Positions 63,690-64,000 of a DNA stretch of 64,000 bases are shown in pieces. Position numbers and translations under genes: made by a program. The stretch is from Octopus sinensis (lineage: Eukaryota), in assembly GCF_006345805.1 (NCBI RefSeq), contig NC_043019.1:32425360-32489359 (forward strand), read 5' to 3'. Position 1 is the stretch's first letter; each line of letters opens with the position of its first letter. The notes under the pieces were generated by a model. It was given only the letters and a program-made list of their open reading frames with translations. It had not been told where the DNA came from and did not search any database.

Positions 63690-63985
63690 CTATTCGTAAG
63701 ACCCGCAGAAGAGAAAGCAGGTCAACCCCCGACACCGAGAGCATCGACGGATGGATAAATGCATATCCAGGCTCAGCGGTTGTGTAGGAAGTTGGGGACA
63801 AGAAACTGGAAGGAAGAGTGAGAGAAAGTTGGAGCGAAAGAGTACAACAGGGGTCGCCATCACCCCCTGCCGGAGCCTCGTGGTGTTTTCGCTCAATAAA
63901 CACACACAACGCCCGGTCTGGAATCGAAACCACGATCCTTCGACTGTGAGTCCGCTGCCCTTACCACTGGGCCATTGCGCCTCCA
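63690..63985 (-). mobile_element. tRNA-derived SINE, same head as 44660, tail type D
   Basis: Minus-strand head GGAGGCGCAATGGCCCAGTGGTAAGGGCAGCGGACTC; unrelated sequence follows CTCACTCTT. Confidence 0.8.
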
Positions 63986-64000
63986 CTAGCTGCTGCTGTC

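Overview
AT-rich, repeat-dense animal genomic DNA. The SINE/MITE repertoire and microsatellite load resemble an octopus genome (inferred from family recognition, not verified). Nearly all listed ORFs are microsatellite or transposon artefacts. The real coding signal is on the minus strand. (i) The last two exons of an otoferlin-type ferlin gene: 23428-23528 ([10 protein letters not shown]...DPLEKPN) and 20909-21089 ([15 protein letters not shown]...transmembrane helix...[11 protein letters not shown]); no further upstream exon was recognised in the remaining ~40 kb. (ii) The probable 5' end of an unidentified gene built from very small, phase-compatible exons (10318-10328, 9766-9781, 8394-8447, 851-879), with a possible alternative first exon near 7929. 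The rest is decayed non-LTR retrotransposons (CR1, RTE, R4/Dong-like, CRE-like), several tRNA-derived SINE families, piggyBac-, Tc2/pogo-, hAT- and Merlin-like MITEs, and simple or higher-order repeats. The most striking unexplained signal is about eight unrelated families of short non-coding elements, mostly embedded in (TA)n tracts, each carrying a hammerhead-ribozyme (HHR) fold. They include a 477-nt unit bracketed by two intact HHRs (retrozyme-like), a compensatory G3-C8 core variant, A6U and U4C core variants, inverted dimers and a circularly permuted candidate. All folds were read by eye; activity is untested.
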